A stretch of 39,869 bases of DNA from an uncultured Fibrobacterota bacterium. Lineage in GTDB: Bacteria > Fibrobacterota > Chitinivibrionia > Chitinivibrionales > CAZJJT01. Below the pieces are notes generated by a model. It saw only the letters and a list, made by a program, of their open reading frames with translations, did not search any database and was not told the origin of the DNA. The stretch is taken from contig CAZJJT010000002.1 of assembly GCA_964546395.1 (NCBI GenBank), positions 1 to 39,869 of the forward strand, in the 5' to 3' direction. Below are positions 15,944 through 23,763 of this stretch, one piece after another; positions within the stretch are counted from its first letter, which is position 1; every line of letters starts with the position of its first letter. Both the position numbers and the translations under genes were made by a program.

Positions 15944-16894
15944 CTACGATTCAAGCCCCGCCGTCTCATCTATCCCCAGCATGAGATTCAGGTTCTGCAC
16001 GGCGGCGCCGCTTGCTCCTTTGCCGAGATTGTCGAGCACCGCGACCACGAGCACCTGCTCGGCGTGGCCGAACACGTACAGGTCCATGCGGTTGGTCTCG
16101 TTACAGCTCATGGGCGAGAGGAACCCGCCATCGAGCACGCACTCATCGCCGAGCGGCATCACCCGCACGAATGGCTCGCCCGCATAGTGCGCGGCCAGTG
16201 TCTCGTGGATAGCGGAGGGTCCCGGGTGTGTGGGCAGCAGCCGCGGCAGGAGGGGCACGTGCACGGTCATGCCCTGGTAGAAATCGCCGACCATCGGCAT
16301 GAACAGTGGTGCACTGCTCAACCCGGCAGCCTTCTGCATTTCGGGAAGGTGTTTGTGAGCGAGGCCGAGGGCGTAGGGCCGCGGTGCGTGAAGCGCATCG
16401 CCGGGGGTGCGGGGCCCGGTGTAGACCTGTATGAGTTTCTTGCCCGCGCCGCTGTAGCCGCTGGTGGCGCAGCAGGTGGCCGGGTAGTCGGGCGGCACGA
16501 GGCCCGCCACGATGAGCGGCCGCAGCGCGGCAACGAACCCGGTGGCGTAGCAGCCGGGGTTGCTCACCCGCCGCGCCCCCGCAATCAGCTTCCGCTGAGC
16601 CGTGTCGATCTCCGGCATCCCGTACACCCACCCCTCGGCGGTCCGGTGTGCCGTGCTTGCGTCGATAACCCGCGTGGCGGGGTTGGTGAGCAGCCCGACC
16701 GACTCTTTCGCGGCCGTGTCGGGAAGGCAGATGATCACGACATCGGCGCCGTTGAGATACTCTTTCTTGACCGCGTTGTTCTTGCGATCCTCCGAGGGGA
16801 TCTCGGACACGCAGATATCGCTCCGCCCCTCGAGCCGCTCGCGGATCTTGAGCCCGGTGGTTCCCTCGTGTCCATCGATAAACACCGTAGGCAT
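15944..16894 (-). CDS. argC: N-acetyl-gamma-glutamyl-phosphate reductase (short, type-2 ArgC)
   Basis: The start is taken at ATG 16894 (MPTVFIDGHEGTTGLKIRERL), with GAGGAG 7 nt upstream. The active-site region RVSNPGCYATG and GYSGAGKK closely resemble type-2 ArgC sequences. The longer ORF-track N-terminus is unnecessary. Confidence 0.9.
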   Translation of the reverse strand: MPTVFIDGHEGTTGLKIRERLEGRSDICVSEIPSEDRKNNAVKKEYLNGADVVIICLPDTAAKESVGLLTNPATRVIDASTAHRTAEGWVYGMPEIDTAQRKLIAGARRVSNPGCYATGFVAALRPLIVAGLVPPDYPATCCATSGYSGAGKKLIQVYTGPRTPGDALHAPRPYALGLAHKHLPEMQKAAGLSSAPLFMPMVGDFYQGMTVHVPLLPRLLPTHPGPSAIHETLAAHYAGEPFVRVMPLGDECVLDGGFLSPMSCNETNRMDLYVFGHAEQVLVVAVLDNLGKGASGAAVQNLNLMLGIDETAGLES

Positions 16895-17111
16895 ATGCAT
16901 GCTCCTCAAGGCAGACCGGCCAAAATACCTCTCCGTTTGCGGGACCGACGCGGCGACGAGGTGCGCCAGTGCATATTTGGCAGGAGACAGACGGTGCAGG
17001 GCACTGTGAGGGTGGGGCTCAGCCTGCCCGTGCCGACCGCGCACGGACCCGCCCCCCAGCACCCGTCGAAAGCCCCCAACAGAGAGCCCGCATGGCCAGG
17101 GGAACGCTACC

Positions 17112-18347
17112 ATGAGCATTCACGACGTTGTCGCCGCACACCCTCTCTTCGAAACCCACACCCACCAGAACCGTTTCCTGCACCATCCGTGGGACACGAA
17201 GAACTACGAGGAGTTTATCCAGTACGGCACCGCCGACATCGCGACAAGCAGCCATCGCTCGTGGGAGGACGTGAGCGCGACGCCAGAGCAGCTGTTCGAT
17301 GTGTGGCAGTACGTGAAGACGACCGGGTACGGCCAGGCAGCAGCGCTGGGGTGCCGGAGCCTGTTCGGACTGGCGTACACGCGGGAGAACGCCGAAGAGA
17401 TCACGCGCCGGGTACGCGAGTATATCGACACGCGCGGGCCGCAACGGGTGTATGCCGACTGCTACGCGCACGCCAATGTGCACTGGTCGGTGAGCGACAT
17501 GTGCTGGGACCCTATCAGCAACATGGACGCGCTCGCCGGCGCCGAGCACATCCCGCAGATCCACTTCGCGCTTCGCCACGACTCGCTGCTGGTGCCCCGG
17601 AGCGCCGCCGATATCCGCACCGCGGGCAAGGTGCTCGGGTGCCGTGTCAACATGCTTGCCGACCTGGAGGGAGCGCTGGACGAGTACACAGAGCGGGCAC
17701 AGAAACTCGGGCGGCTGGCGGCAATCAAGATCGGACTTGCCTACCACCGTGACCTGGAGTTCACGCCCACGACGCGGGATCGGGCGGCACGCGCGTTCTC
17801 TGTGCTGCGCAAGGGAGGCAGGGCCACGCTGAAGCCGCTGCACGACCACCTGCTGTTCTCGACCGTGGCGCGTGCCGAGCGGCTCGGTCTGCCGGTGCAG
17901 ATCCACACGGGCTACCTGGCCGGCAACTGGAGCGATATCCGGCGCGGCAACCCGCAGGGGCTGGTCCCGCTGCTGCAGCGGTTCAGGTCGGTGAGGTTTG
18001 ACCTGTTCCACGCGGCCTGGCCGTGGTCGGAGTTTCTCGGTGCGGTGGGCAAGCAGTTTCCCAACGTGTGGCTCGACCTGTGCTGGATGTGGGCGATGAA
18101 CCCGGTGGCGGCGCGGCGTACGCTCGACGAGTGGCTCGCCGCTGTCCCCTCCAACAAGATCCTCGGGTTTGGCGCCGACACGGGGTCGCCGTTCGGGCTG
18201 ATCGGCTACGCGCTGCAGGCGCGCCACGGGATTGCGGACGTGCTCGAGGCGAAGCTGGCGCGGGGGGAGTACGACCGGGAGACCGCGGAGTTCGTGGCGC
18301 AGCGACTGCTGTACCGCAACGCGCAGGACCTGTTCGGGGAGTGGTGA
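17112..18347 (+). CDS. Amidohydrolase-superfamily (amidohydrolase_2-like TIM-barrel metal hydrolase) protein
   Basis: 411-aa ORF with ATG 17112. The N-terminal metal-ligand motif is PLFETHTHQN (HxH). Later motifs VQIHTGY and DLFHAAWPW...GFGADT are typical of the fold. The substrate is unknown. Confidence 0.75.
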   Translation: MSIHDVVAAHPLFETHTHQNRFLHHPWDTKNYEEFIQYGTADIATSSHRSWEDVSATPEQLFDVWQYVKTTGYGQAAALGCRSLFGLAYTRENAEEITRRVREYIDTRGPQRVYADCYAHANVHWSVSDMCWDPISNMDALAGAEHIPQIHFALRHDSLLVPRSAADIRTAGKVLGCRVNMLADLEGALDEYTERAQKLGRLAAIKIGLAYHRDLEFTPTTRDRAARAFSVLRKGGRATLKPLHDHLLFSTVARAERLGLPVQIHTGYLAGNWSDIRRGNPQGLVPLLQRFRSVRFDLFHAAWPWSEFLGAVGKQFPNVWLDLCWMWAMNPVAARRTLDEWLAAVPSNKILGFGADTGSPFGLIGYALQARHGIADVLEAKLARGEYDRETAEFVAQRLLYRNAQDLFGEW

Positions 18348-18358
18348 TTCCGCGATCC

Positions 18359-19771
18359 TCAATCCGCAATCGCCATCAGCGGCGCCATCAGCAGCAGCGC
18401 GAGCCAGGCGATGACACAGGTGACCACGCCAACCAGTGCGCCGAACCGGAACCACTTGACAAACGATATCTGGGTGCGGTAGCGTTTGTCCATCATGCCC
18501 AGCGCCACGATGTTGGCGGTGGAGCCGATGACGGTGATATTGCCCCCGAGGCAGGCGCCGAACAGCAATGCCCACCAGAGGGGTGTTGCCCCCAGTTCCT
18601 TGACTACCGGGATGAACGCAGCGACGAACACGATGTTGTCGACGAACGCTGAGCCGAGGGCGGCGATGGCAATGACCGCGGGGACCAGCATGGCGGGATG
18701 GTTGCCGAACACGGCGCGGAAGCCCTGGGCGATGCCGCTGGTGACGCCGGTCTGCTCGAGCGCGCCCGCCACCGCGAAGAGCATCATGAAGAACAGCAGG
18801 GTCCACCACTCGACTTCCGATTCGATATAGTGCCGGGCGCGGTTGTGCCGATAGATCATCAGCACGCCCGCAATGGCCAGCGGCGCCACTATCAGGATGG
18901 TGTTCTTTTCCACGCCGAGCATGAGTTCGAGCCGGTGGTGCATGGCGATGAACGTGATAGCGCCCACGAGAATGATGAGCCCGCGGCGATAGGGCACGCG
19001 CACCAGCGGCCCCAGCCCCAACTGCATCGACCGCCTCGTCTCCAGCCGCTCAGAGAGCAGGGCGATATCGGCGCGGAACACCAGCAGCGACAGGCCGATG
19101 CACACCGCCAGGCACACCACCATCACCGGCATCGACCACAGCAGGAAATCGTGGAACGCGAACCCCGCCTTGGTGCCGATGAGGATGCCCACCGGGTTGC
19201 CGAGCATCGTGCCGCTCGAGCCGATGTTGGTGGCCACCACGGCAATCATCACAAACGGGGCCGGCGGGATCTTCAGCGTGTCACAGACCTGGAACACCAG
19301 CGCGAGCACGAACACAATCGACGTGACTTCGTCAACCACGCACGCCATGAATGCCGATATCACGCAGAGCACGACGGTGAACAGGGTCCCGTTGATGTGT
19401 TTCAGGTTGATAACGAGCTGGATGACCCAGGTGAACAGGCCCAGGTCTTTGAGCACCCCCACCATGGTCATCATGCCAACGAGGAACAGGATGATGTCGA
19501 GTTCGGCAAAGTGCACGAACTGTTCGAGCGACAGCACGCGCGCGCCGAGCAGCAGGGCGATGCCGATGAAGGCGATGGCGAGGCGGAACTCCCAGAAGAA
19601 CAGGGTGGCGGCAATGATCAGCACGAATGTCGATGCGGCCAGGACCTGCTGCATGTCGGGAACACTGCTCAGCGCGTGCACAAGCGTACCGGTCAGGGTG
19701 CTGACCGCGATGGCGATAGCGGCGCGGATGGTGAGCGCGGCGGAGGCGGAACGCTTCTGGAGCAGGGGCAT
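18359..19771 (-). CDS. ArsB/NhaD-superfamily (CitMHS/SLC13-like) anion permease
   Basis: 470-aa polytopic membrane protein with many hydrophobic helices. It has two-fold internal symmetry, with IGSSGTMLGNPVGILIG and CLGGNITVIGSTANIVALG re-entrant-loop-like motifs characteristic of this superfamily. Confidence 0.85.
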   Translation of the reverse strand: MPLLQKRSASAALTIRAAIAIAVSTLTGTLVHALSSVPDMQQVLAASTFVLIIAATLFFWEFRLAIAFIGIALLLGARVLSLEQFVHFAELDIILFLVGMMTMVGVLKDLGLFTWVIQLVINLKHINGTLFTVVLCVISAFMACVVDEVTSIVFVLALVFQVCDTLKIPPAPFVMIAVVATNIGSSGTMLGNPVGILIGTKAGFAFHDFLLWSMPVMVVCLAVCIGLSLLVFRADIALLSERLETRRSMQLGLGPLVRVPYRRGLIILVGAITFIAMHHRLELMLGVEKNTILIVAPLAIAGVLMIYRHNRARHYIESEVEWWTLLFFMMLFAVAGALEQTGVTSGIAQGFRAVFGNHPAMLVPAVIAIAALGSAFVDNIVFVAAFIPVVKELGATPLWWALLFGACLGGNITVIGSTANIVALGMMDKRYRTQISFVKWFRFGALVGVVTCVIAWLALLLMAPLMAIAD

Positions 19772-19777
19772 GGGCGG

Positions 19778-20704
19778 CTATTCCCGCAGGACCGTGTTGA
19801 CGAAGTGCTGGAGCGAAATGACACCCACGAGTTTCTTGTTGCGCACGACATAGGCACGGCCGAGGTGGTGCTTGGTGAGTTCCTTGGCCACCTGTATGGC
19901 GGGCTCGTCCTCGGCCACCACTACGTAGTCGCGCGACATGATCTCGGCCAGCCACGTGTTGCTCTCGTTGCGCAGCACGTTGGCAAACGGCTCAAAGTTG
20001 AGGATCGGCGACAGATCGTCCATCCACAGGATGTAGTCGGGGAGACACACGCGCAGCAGCTCGTGCGCGCTGACACTCCCCACCAGCTCGCCGTCCTTGT
20101 CCACCACGGGGAGGTCGATCAGGTCGTTGCCGGCAATCAGGTCGATAGCGCTCTTGAGCGTATCGGTGTCTCTGATTGCCACGGGGTGGCGCACCATGAT
20201 ATCGCCCGCACACACGTAGGGCGGCAATACCATGCCCCCGCGCGCGAAGAACTTCCAGACTTCCTCGGCACTCTCGAGTTTGGAGATCGCTCCGGGAATG
20301 TCCTTGTCGCTGCAGATGCGTGCCAGGGAACTGAGTGCCTGCAGGTAGAGCGCCGGGGCATCCACGGGCGCCAGTATCAGGATCACCAGGTTGGCCCGGC
20401 GGTCCTCGGCGAACGCAATGCCGTCGATTGAAGTTGCGATGGCGACCGTGAGCCCCGTCAGGCCGGCGAGCCGCGCGTGCGGCATCGCCACCCCCTCGGC
20501 AATAGTGGTTGCCTGAGTCTCCTCACGCGCGATGACCGCCTTGAACGCATCGTTGACGTTGCCGATGCCGCGGTTGAGCGCAAGACGGGTAAGCAGTTCG
20601 CGAATCACCTCGTCGCGCGTGTGCAGCTGGGTACGACAGAGCACATCCTCGGGCGAGAACAGCGACGAGAAATCGATACGGGCTTTGGGGGTGGAAGAGT
20701 TCAT
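19778..20704 (-). CDS. PTS EIIA type-2 (Fru/Mtl/Ntr-like) domain fused to a CBS-pair domain; probable regulator of the downstream permease
   Basis: The N-half contains TTIAEGVAMPHARL, with the phosphorylatable His codon at 20477-20479. The C-half has two CBS motifs (IMVRHPVAIRDTDTLKSAIDLI...LPVVDKDGELVGSVSAHELL and IMSRDYVVVAEDEPAIQVAKEL...AYVVRNKKLVGVISLQHF). A 6-nt gap separates it from the permease ATG. Confidence 0.85.
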   Translation of the reverse strand: MNSSTPKARIDFSSLFSPEDVLCRTQLHTRDEVIRELLTRLALNRGIGNVNDAFKAVIAREETQATTIAEGVAMPHARLAGLTGLTVAIATSIDGIAFAEDRRANLVILILAPVDAPALYLQALSSLARICSDKDIPGAISKLESAEEVWKFFARGGMVLPPYVCAGDIMVRHPVAIRDTDTLKSAIDLIAGNDLIDLPVVDKDGELVGSVSAHELLRVCLPDYILWMDDLSPILNFEPFANVLRNESNTWLAEIMSRDYVVVAEDEPAIQVAKELTKHHLGRAYVVRNKKLVGVISLQHFVNTVLRE

Positions 20705-20742
20705 TCAGTCATTCCGTCGTTCCACCGTGCCCGTGCGTCCAC

Positions 20743-21354
20743 CTACTTCCCCCCGGCCGCTTTCTTCTGCAGTGCCAGCGCCCGCTGGATACCCTCTTTG
20801 GTGAACGCGAACGCCGTGATCGTCACGTCGGCATCCTTGCGCAACACCTGCTCGCCGTAGTAGTTGACCATCTTGAACTTGGTGAGCAGCAGGTCGGAAG
20901 GTTTGCACAGCTTGCCTTCCGCGTCCACCCGCAGGTACCCGTCGCTGCCCGCCGAGGTCCGCACCTGGTTGCAGTTGTCCCAGGCACAGGCGATACTGTC
21001 GATGGAGAGCTTGCAGGAGGTGTCCTGTGTGACAAACGAGAAACCGGTCAGGCTGTGGACTTTTTTGCCGTTCTCGGCCATACCGGTGCCGGTGATGTAG
21101 CCGCTTGACATGAGCGCGAAGTTCACCGTCGCGTGGATCACGGCGGTATCTTCCCCCGGAAATTTGCGCCGCAGGTCGCACTCGTGCGGTCCGAGGTACA
21201 GTGACCAGTACTTGCACTGCCCGACCTTGCCGCCGGAGATGTAGAACATCTGCTTCTCCAGCAGCACCTGGGTCGACTCGATGGCGTACTGGGCGCCGAG
21301 GGTCTGGACCATGACACCGGCCAGCAGGAGGACTCGTGAAAGATGCGTCTGCAT
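20743..21354 (-). CDS. Secreted Cys-containing hypothetical protein (203 aa)
   Basis: ATG 21354 with GGAGGGG upstream. Signal peptide MQTHLSRVLLLAGVMVQTLGAQ. Six Cys in the mature part (QCKYW, HECD, TSCK, IACAWDNCN, KLCK). No family recognised. Confidence 0.65.
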   Translation of the reverse strand: MQTHLSRVLLLAGVMVQTLGAQYAIESTQVLLEKQMFYISGGKVGQCKYWSLYLGPHECDLRRKFPGEDTAVIHATVNFALMSSGYITGTGMAENGKKVHSLTGFSFVTQDTSCKLSIDSIACAWDNCNQVRTSAGSDGYLRVDAEGKLCKPSDLLLTKFKMVNYYGEQVLRKDADVTITAFAFTKEGIQRALALQKKAAGGK

Positions 21355-21465
21355 GACATCCCCTCCTTTCGGGCAAATATACACAGTCCATGTGCGGTGC
21401 GCGCGTGTTGCCCGGGGCCATGTGCATTGTATATTTCCTGAGGTCAACCGAAGGGATCCCGCTCA

Positions 21466-22224
21466 ATGACCCGTCACGTATCTGTCGCCGGTATCGCTCT
21501 CATGCTGGCCATGACCTCCGTTGCCGTGCGCGCACAGAGCATCATCGATACTACCACCGCGTCGAAGTGGTATCTCGGGGTGAAAGGCGGGCTGCTGATC
21601 TCGACCGCCTGGGGGCCCGACCGTCCTGACCCTGCCGACAACCTGGTCGAGTCGGTCCTTGAGACGGTCCTGGCGGGTGCCTCGGCCGGTTTCTCCCTGC
21701 CGATCTGGTTTTCGCCCAACTTCGTGCTGGAACCGGAAGTGCTCCTGTCGACCAAGGGGCTGCGCTGGAAGCTGCTCGACTCGAACACAATCCAGAACGA
21801 TACGATCAAGTGGGATATCAAGCGCAGGTACATCAATTTCGACATCCCGGTGCTGGCGAAGCTGGTGCTGCTGAAGAACTCGAAGCGGTTCCGGCCGGTG
21901 ATATATGCAGGGCCCCAGTTGAGTCTGAATGTGTTCAGCTACACGGCCAAGGAAGTCAATGCGGGGGCTTCGTACAGCAGCGGCCTCTGGTCGCTCGCCG
22001 ACTCAATCCCGTTCGTCGATATCAGCGGTGTTGCGGGTCTGTCGCTCCAAATCCGTGCCGGGCGCGGGTACTTCATCATCGATGCGCGCGGGCATGCGGG
22101 TTTTCTCAACCAGGGCAACGGGTTGGAAGATGACGCCGATTTTCCGCGGGTGATCCGCAACCTGTATGCCGTGGGCTCCGTGGCCTACTGCTTCAACCCC
22201 AAGCGCCGCAAAGAGTTGTGGTAG
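21466..22224 (+). CDS. Outer-membrane beta-barrel protein (porin/OMP_b-brl-like)
   Basis: ATG 21466 with GAAGGGA upstream. Signal peptide MTRHVSVAGIALMLAMTSVAVRAQ. It shows an alternating amphipathic beta-strand pattern (WYLGVKGGLLIS, NFDIPVLAKLVL, VIYAGPQLSLNVF, GYFIIDARGHAGF) and has Trp as the last residue. GC content is lower than in the neighbouring genes. Confidence 0.75.
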   Translation: MTRHVSVAGIALMLAMTSVAVRAQSIIDTTTASKWYLGVKGGLLISTAWGPDRPDPADNLVESVLETVLAGASAGFSLPIWFSPNFVLEPEVLLSTKGLRWKLLDSNTIQNDTIKWDIKRRYINFDIPVLAKLVLLKNSKRFRPVIYAGPQLSLNVFSYTAKEVNAGASYSSGLWSLADSIPFVDISGVAGLSLQIRAGRGYFIIDARGHAGFLNQGNGLEDDADFPRVIRNLYAVGSVAYCFNPKRRKELW

Positions 22225-22230
22225 GTGTGA

Positions 22231-22256
22231 CGCAGCGGGCCGTGCGGCCCGCTGCG
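22231..22256. terminator. Perfect 11-bp GC-rich stem-loop shared by two convergent genes (putative bidirectional terminator)
   Basis: cgcagcgggcc-gtgc-ggcccgctgcg has exact arms and a 4-nt loop. It lies 7 nt after the OMP stop (22224) and 25 nt after the small minus-strand ORF's stop (22281). There is no U-tract on either side. Confidence 0.5.
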
Positions 22257-22280
22257 CTCCCCCCTGGCCCCCCTCCCTGA

Positions 22281-22463
22281 CTACACCAGCCTGAACAGCT
22301 CTTCGAGACTGCCTGCCGTGTGCAGGGCTATCTGCAGGTTGACAATGTCGTCCTGACAAATCGCGCTGTCGCGTTCGGGTCTGCCCTCGGCAAGTTCGCC
22401 GATACCGGTGTCCTGACCCGCCCCATCCGTCTCGCGCCAGCCACTGTCCTGTATCTCGCGCAT
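22281..22463 (-). CDS. Possible small acidic protein (60 aa), unknown function
   Basis: ATG 22463 with GGGAG about 8 nt upstream. By my hand count, third-position GC is high (43 of 59 codons end in G/C), consistent with coding sequence. It ends just before the shared hairpin. The product is MREIQDSGWRETDGAGQDTGIGELAEGRPERDSAICQDDIVNLQIALHTAGSLEELFRLV. I recognise no homology. Confidence 0.35.
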   Translation of the reverse strand: MREIQDSGWRETDGAGQDTGIGELAEGRPERDSAICQDDIVNLQIALHTAGSLEELFRLV

Positions 22464-22599
22464 GGCCCCGCTCCCTGGTGAAGGTACGCCTGACAGTGCA
22501 CTCCATATCTATTGTACCGCTGCCGGGGGGCCGGGCACTGTGACGCAGCTCACAAGGCGGGCGTGACTCACCTGTGAAGTATTTTTGCTGTTTGTCCGG

Positions 22600-23763
22600 A
22601 TGGAGGCAGCATTGGGAAGACTGGCAAGGGCTTGCAGACGCGCAGTGGGGGCAGGGACCGTCGTTGTCGCACTCGGAGCGCTGTGCGCAGGCGTGGCTGA
22701 CGAGGTCGATTCGCTGGTGAGCGGGATGAGTCTGGAGCAGAAGGCCGGCCAGATGGTGCTGGTGTACCATTCGCCGTACGAGTTCCTGCGCGAGCACGAC
22801 GTGGGCGGCGTACTGGTGATGCAGAACATGCTGCGCAAGTCGGACGGGCTGCGGGTCGAGCTCGACTCGATTCAGCGCCTGCTGCCGATTCCCGTGCTGG
22901 TGACCATTGACCAGGAGGGGGGCACGGTCAACAGGCTGTCGGTGATGAAGCGGTGGAAGGGGCTTCCCGGCGCCAGCGAGTTCGCCATGTGGCCCGCCGA
23001 CTCTATCACCCGCTTCTGGTCCTCCGTCGGCCACGAACTCCACGGGCTTCGCGTGAACACCAACCTGGCGCCGGTGCTCGACCCCGCGCACAACGCCGCG
23101 GGCCGCGAGACGTTCATGGCGCTGCGCAGGCGCGCGTTCGGTGACGGGGAAGAGGAGATTGTGGCTCCGGCGGCGGCATTCGCCGAGGCGTTTGCGGCGG
23201 CCGGCGTGCAGTGCATCGCCAAACATTTCCCGGGATATGACGCGGAGACGAACAGCGACCACGACATCGCGGTCAGCGACGCCGACTCAGAATGGATCGC
23301 TTCCTCGGTGAACGTGTTCCGCCGCATGCGGCCGCATATCAACGGGGTGATGATGTCGAGTATCGAGTACCGCACCGTCTCGCACCTTCCGGCAGTGTTC
23401 TCCCCGCCGATGGTGTCGTGGGCGCGCGAGGCGCTGGGGGATGTGATCGTGATGACCGATGATCTGTGGGGAACAGCACTGCGCTCGCACGTGGTGGGCG
23501 GTGCGGAGGTGCACCCGGTGGAGTACCCGGACAGCGCTTTCGCGCGCCTGGTGGAGCTGGCGGTGCGCGCGGGCAACGACATGCTGATGATTACGTTTCC
23601 ACAGAAAGTGGCGCTGCTGCGTGCCACGATTGTGCGCCTGGCCCGCGAGGATACGGCGGTGGCGGCGCACGTGGACCGTGCCGCTCGACGGGTGATTGCC
23701 AGCAAGCACGCGCTGGGTATGCTGAACGGCCGCCTGGCGGCGGGACGACTGAGCGAGGAATGA
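22600..23763 (+). CDS. Glycoside hydrolase family 3 N-terminal-domain protein (NagZ-like beta-N-acetylhexosaminidase), membrane-anchored/secreted
   Basis: ATG 22600 is preferred over the ORF-track TTG at 22585. It has a hydrophobic N-terminus (GAGTVVVALGALCAGVA). GH3 motifs are SLEQKAGQM, VTIDQEGGTVNRL, NLAPVLD, KHFPGYD and VIVMTDDL. Confidence 0.85.
   Translation: MEAALGRLARACRRAVGAGTVVVALGALCAGVADEVDSLVSGMSLEQKAGQMVLVYHSPYEFLREHDVGGVLVMQNMLRKSDGLRVELDSIQRLLPIPVLVTIDQEGGTVNRLSVMKRWKGLPGASEFAMWPADSITRFWSSVGHELHGLRVNTNLAPVLDPAHNAAGRETFMALRRRAFGDGEEEIVAPAAAFAEAFAAAGVQCIAKHFPGYDAETNSDHDIAVSDADSEWIASSVNVFRRMRPHINGVMMSSIEYRTVSHLPAVFSPPMVSWAREALGDVIVMTDDLWGTALRSHVVGGAEVHPVEYPDSAFARLVELAVRAGNDMLMITFPQKVALLRATIVRLAREDTAVAAHVDRAARRVIASKHALGMLNGRLAAGRLSEE

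Noticed and set aside
15944-16894. argC standing alone, away from other arginine-biosynthesis genes and next to a sugar kinase and an amidohydrolase (possible novel pathway)
   Set aside because: The three genes are on alternating strands (convergent, then divergent), so they are not an operon. The sequence is a close match to ordinary type-2 ArgC, and dispersed arg genes are common.
15863-20431. Three long ORFs (15863-17752 +, 17019-18809 -, 18698-20431 +) overlapping argC, the amidohydrolase, the permease and the EIIA-CBS gene
   Set aside because: Each is phase-aligned antisense to a well-supported gene: argC, the amidohydrolase, and the permease plus EIIA-CBS respectively. Their translations are Arg/His/Gly/Pro-rich without motifs. 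The same logic rejects 2295-3722 (-), 22003-23262 (-) and 22872-24335 (-).
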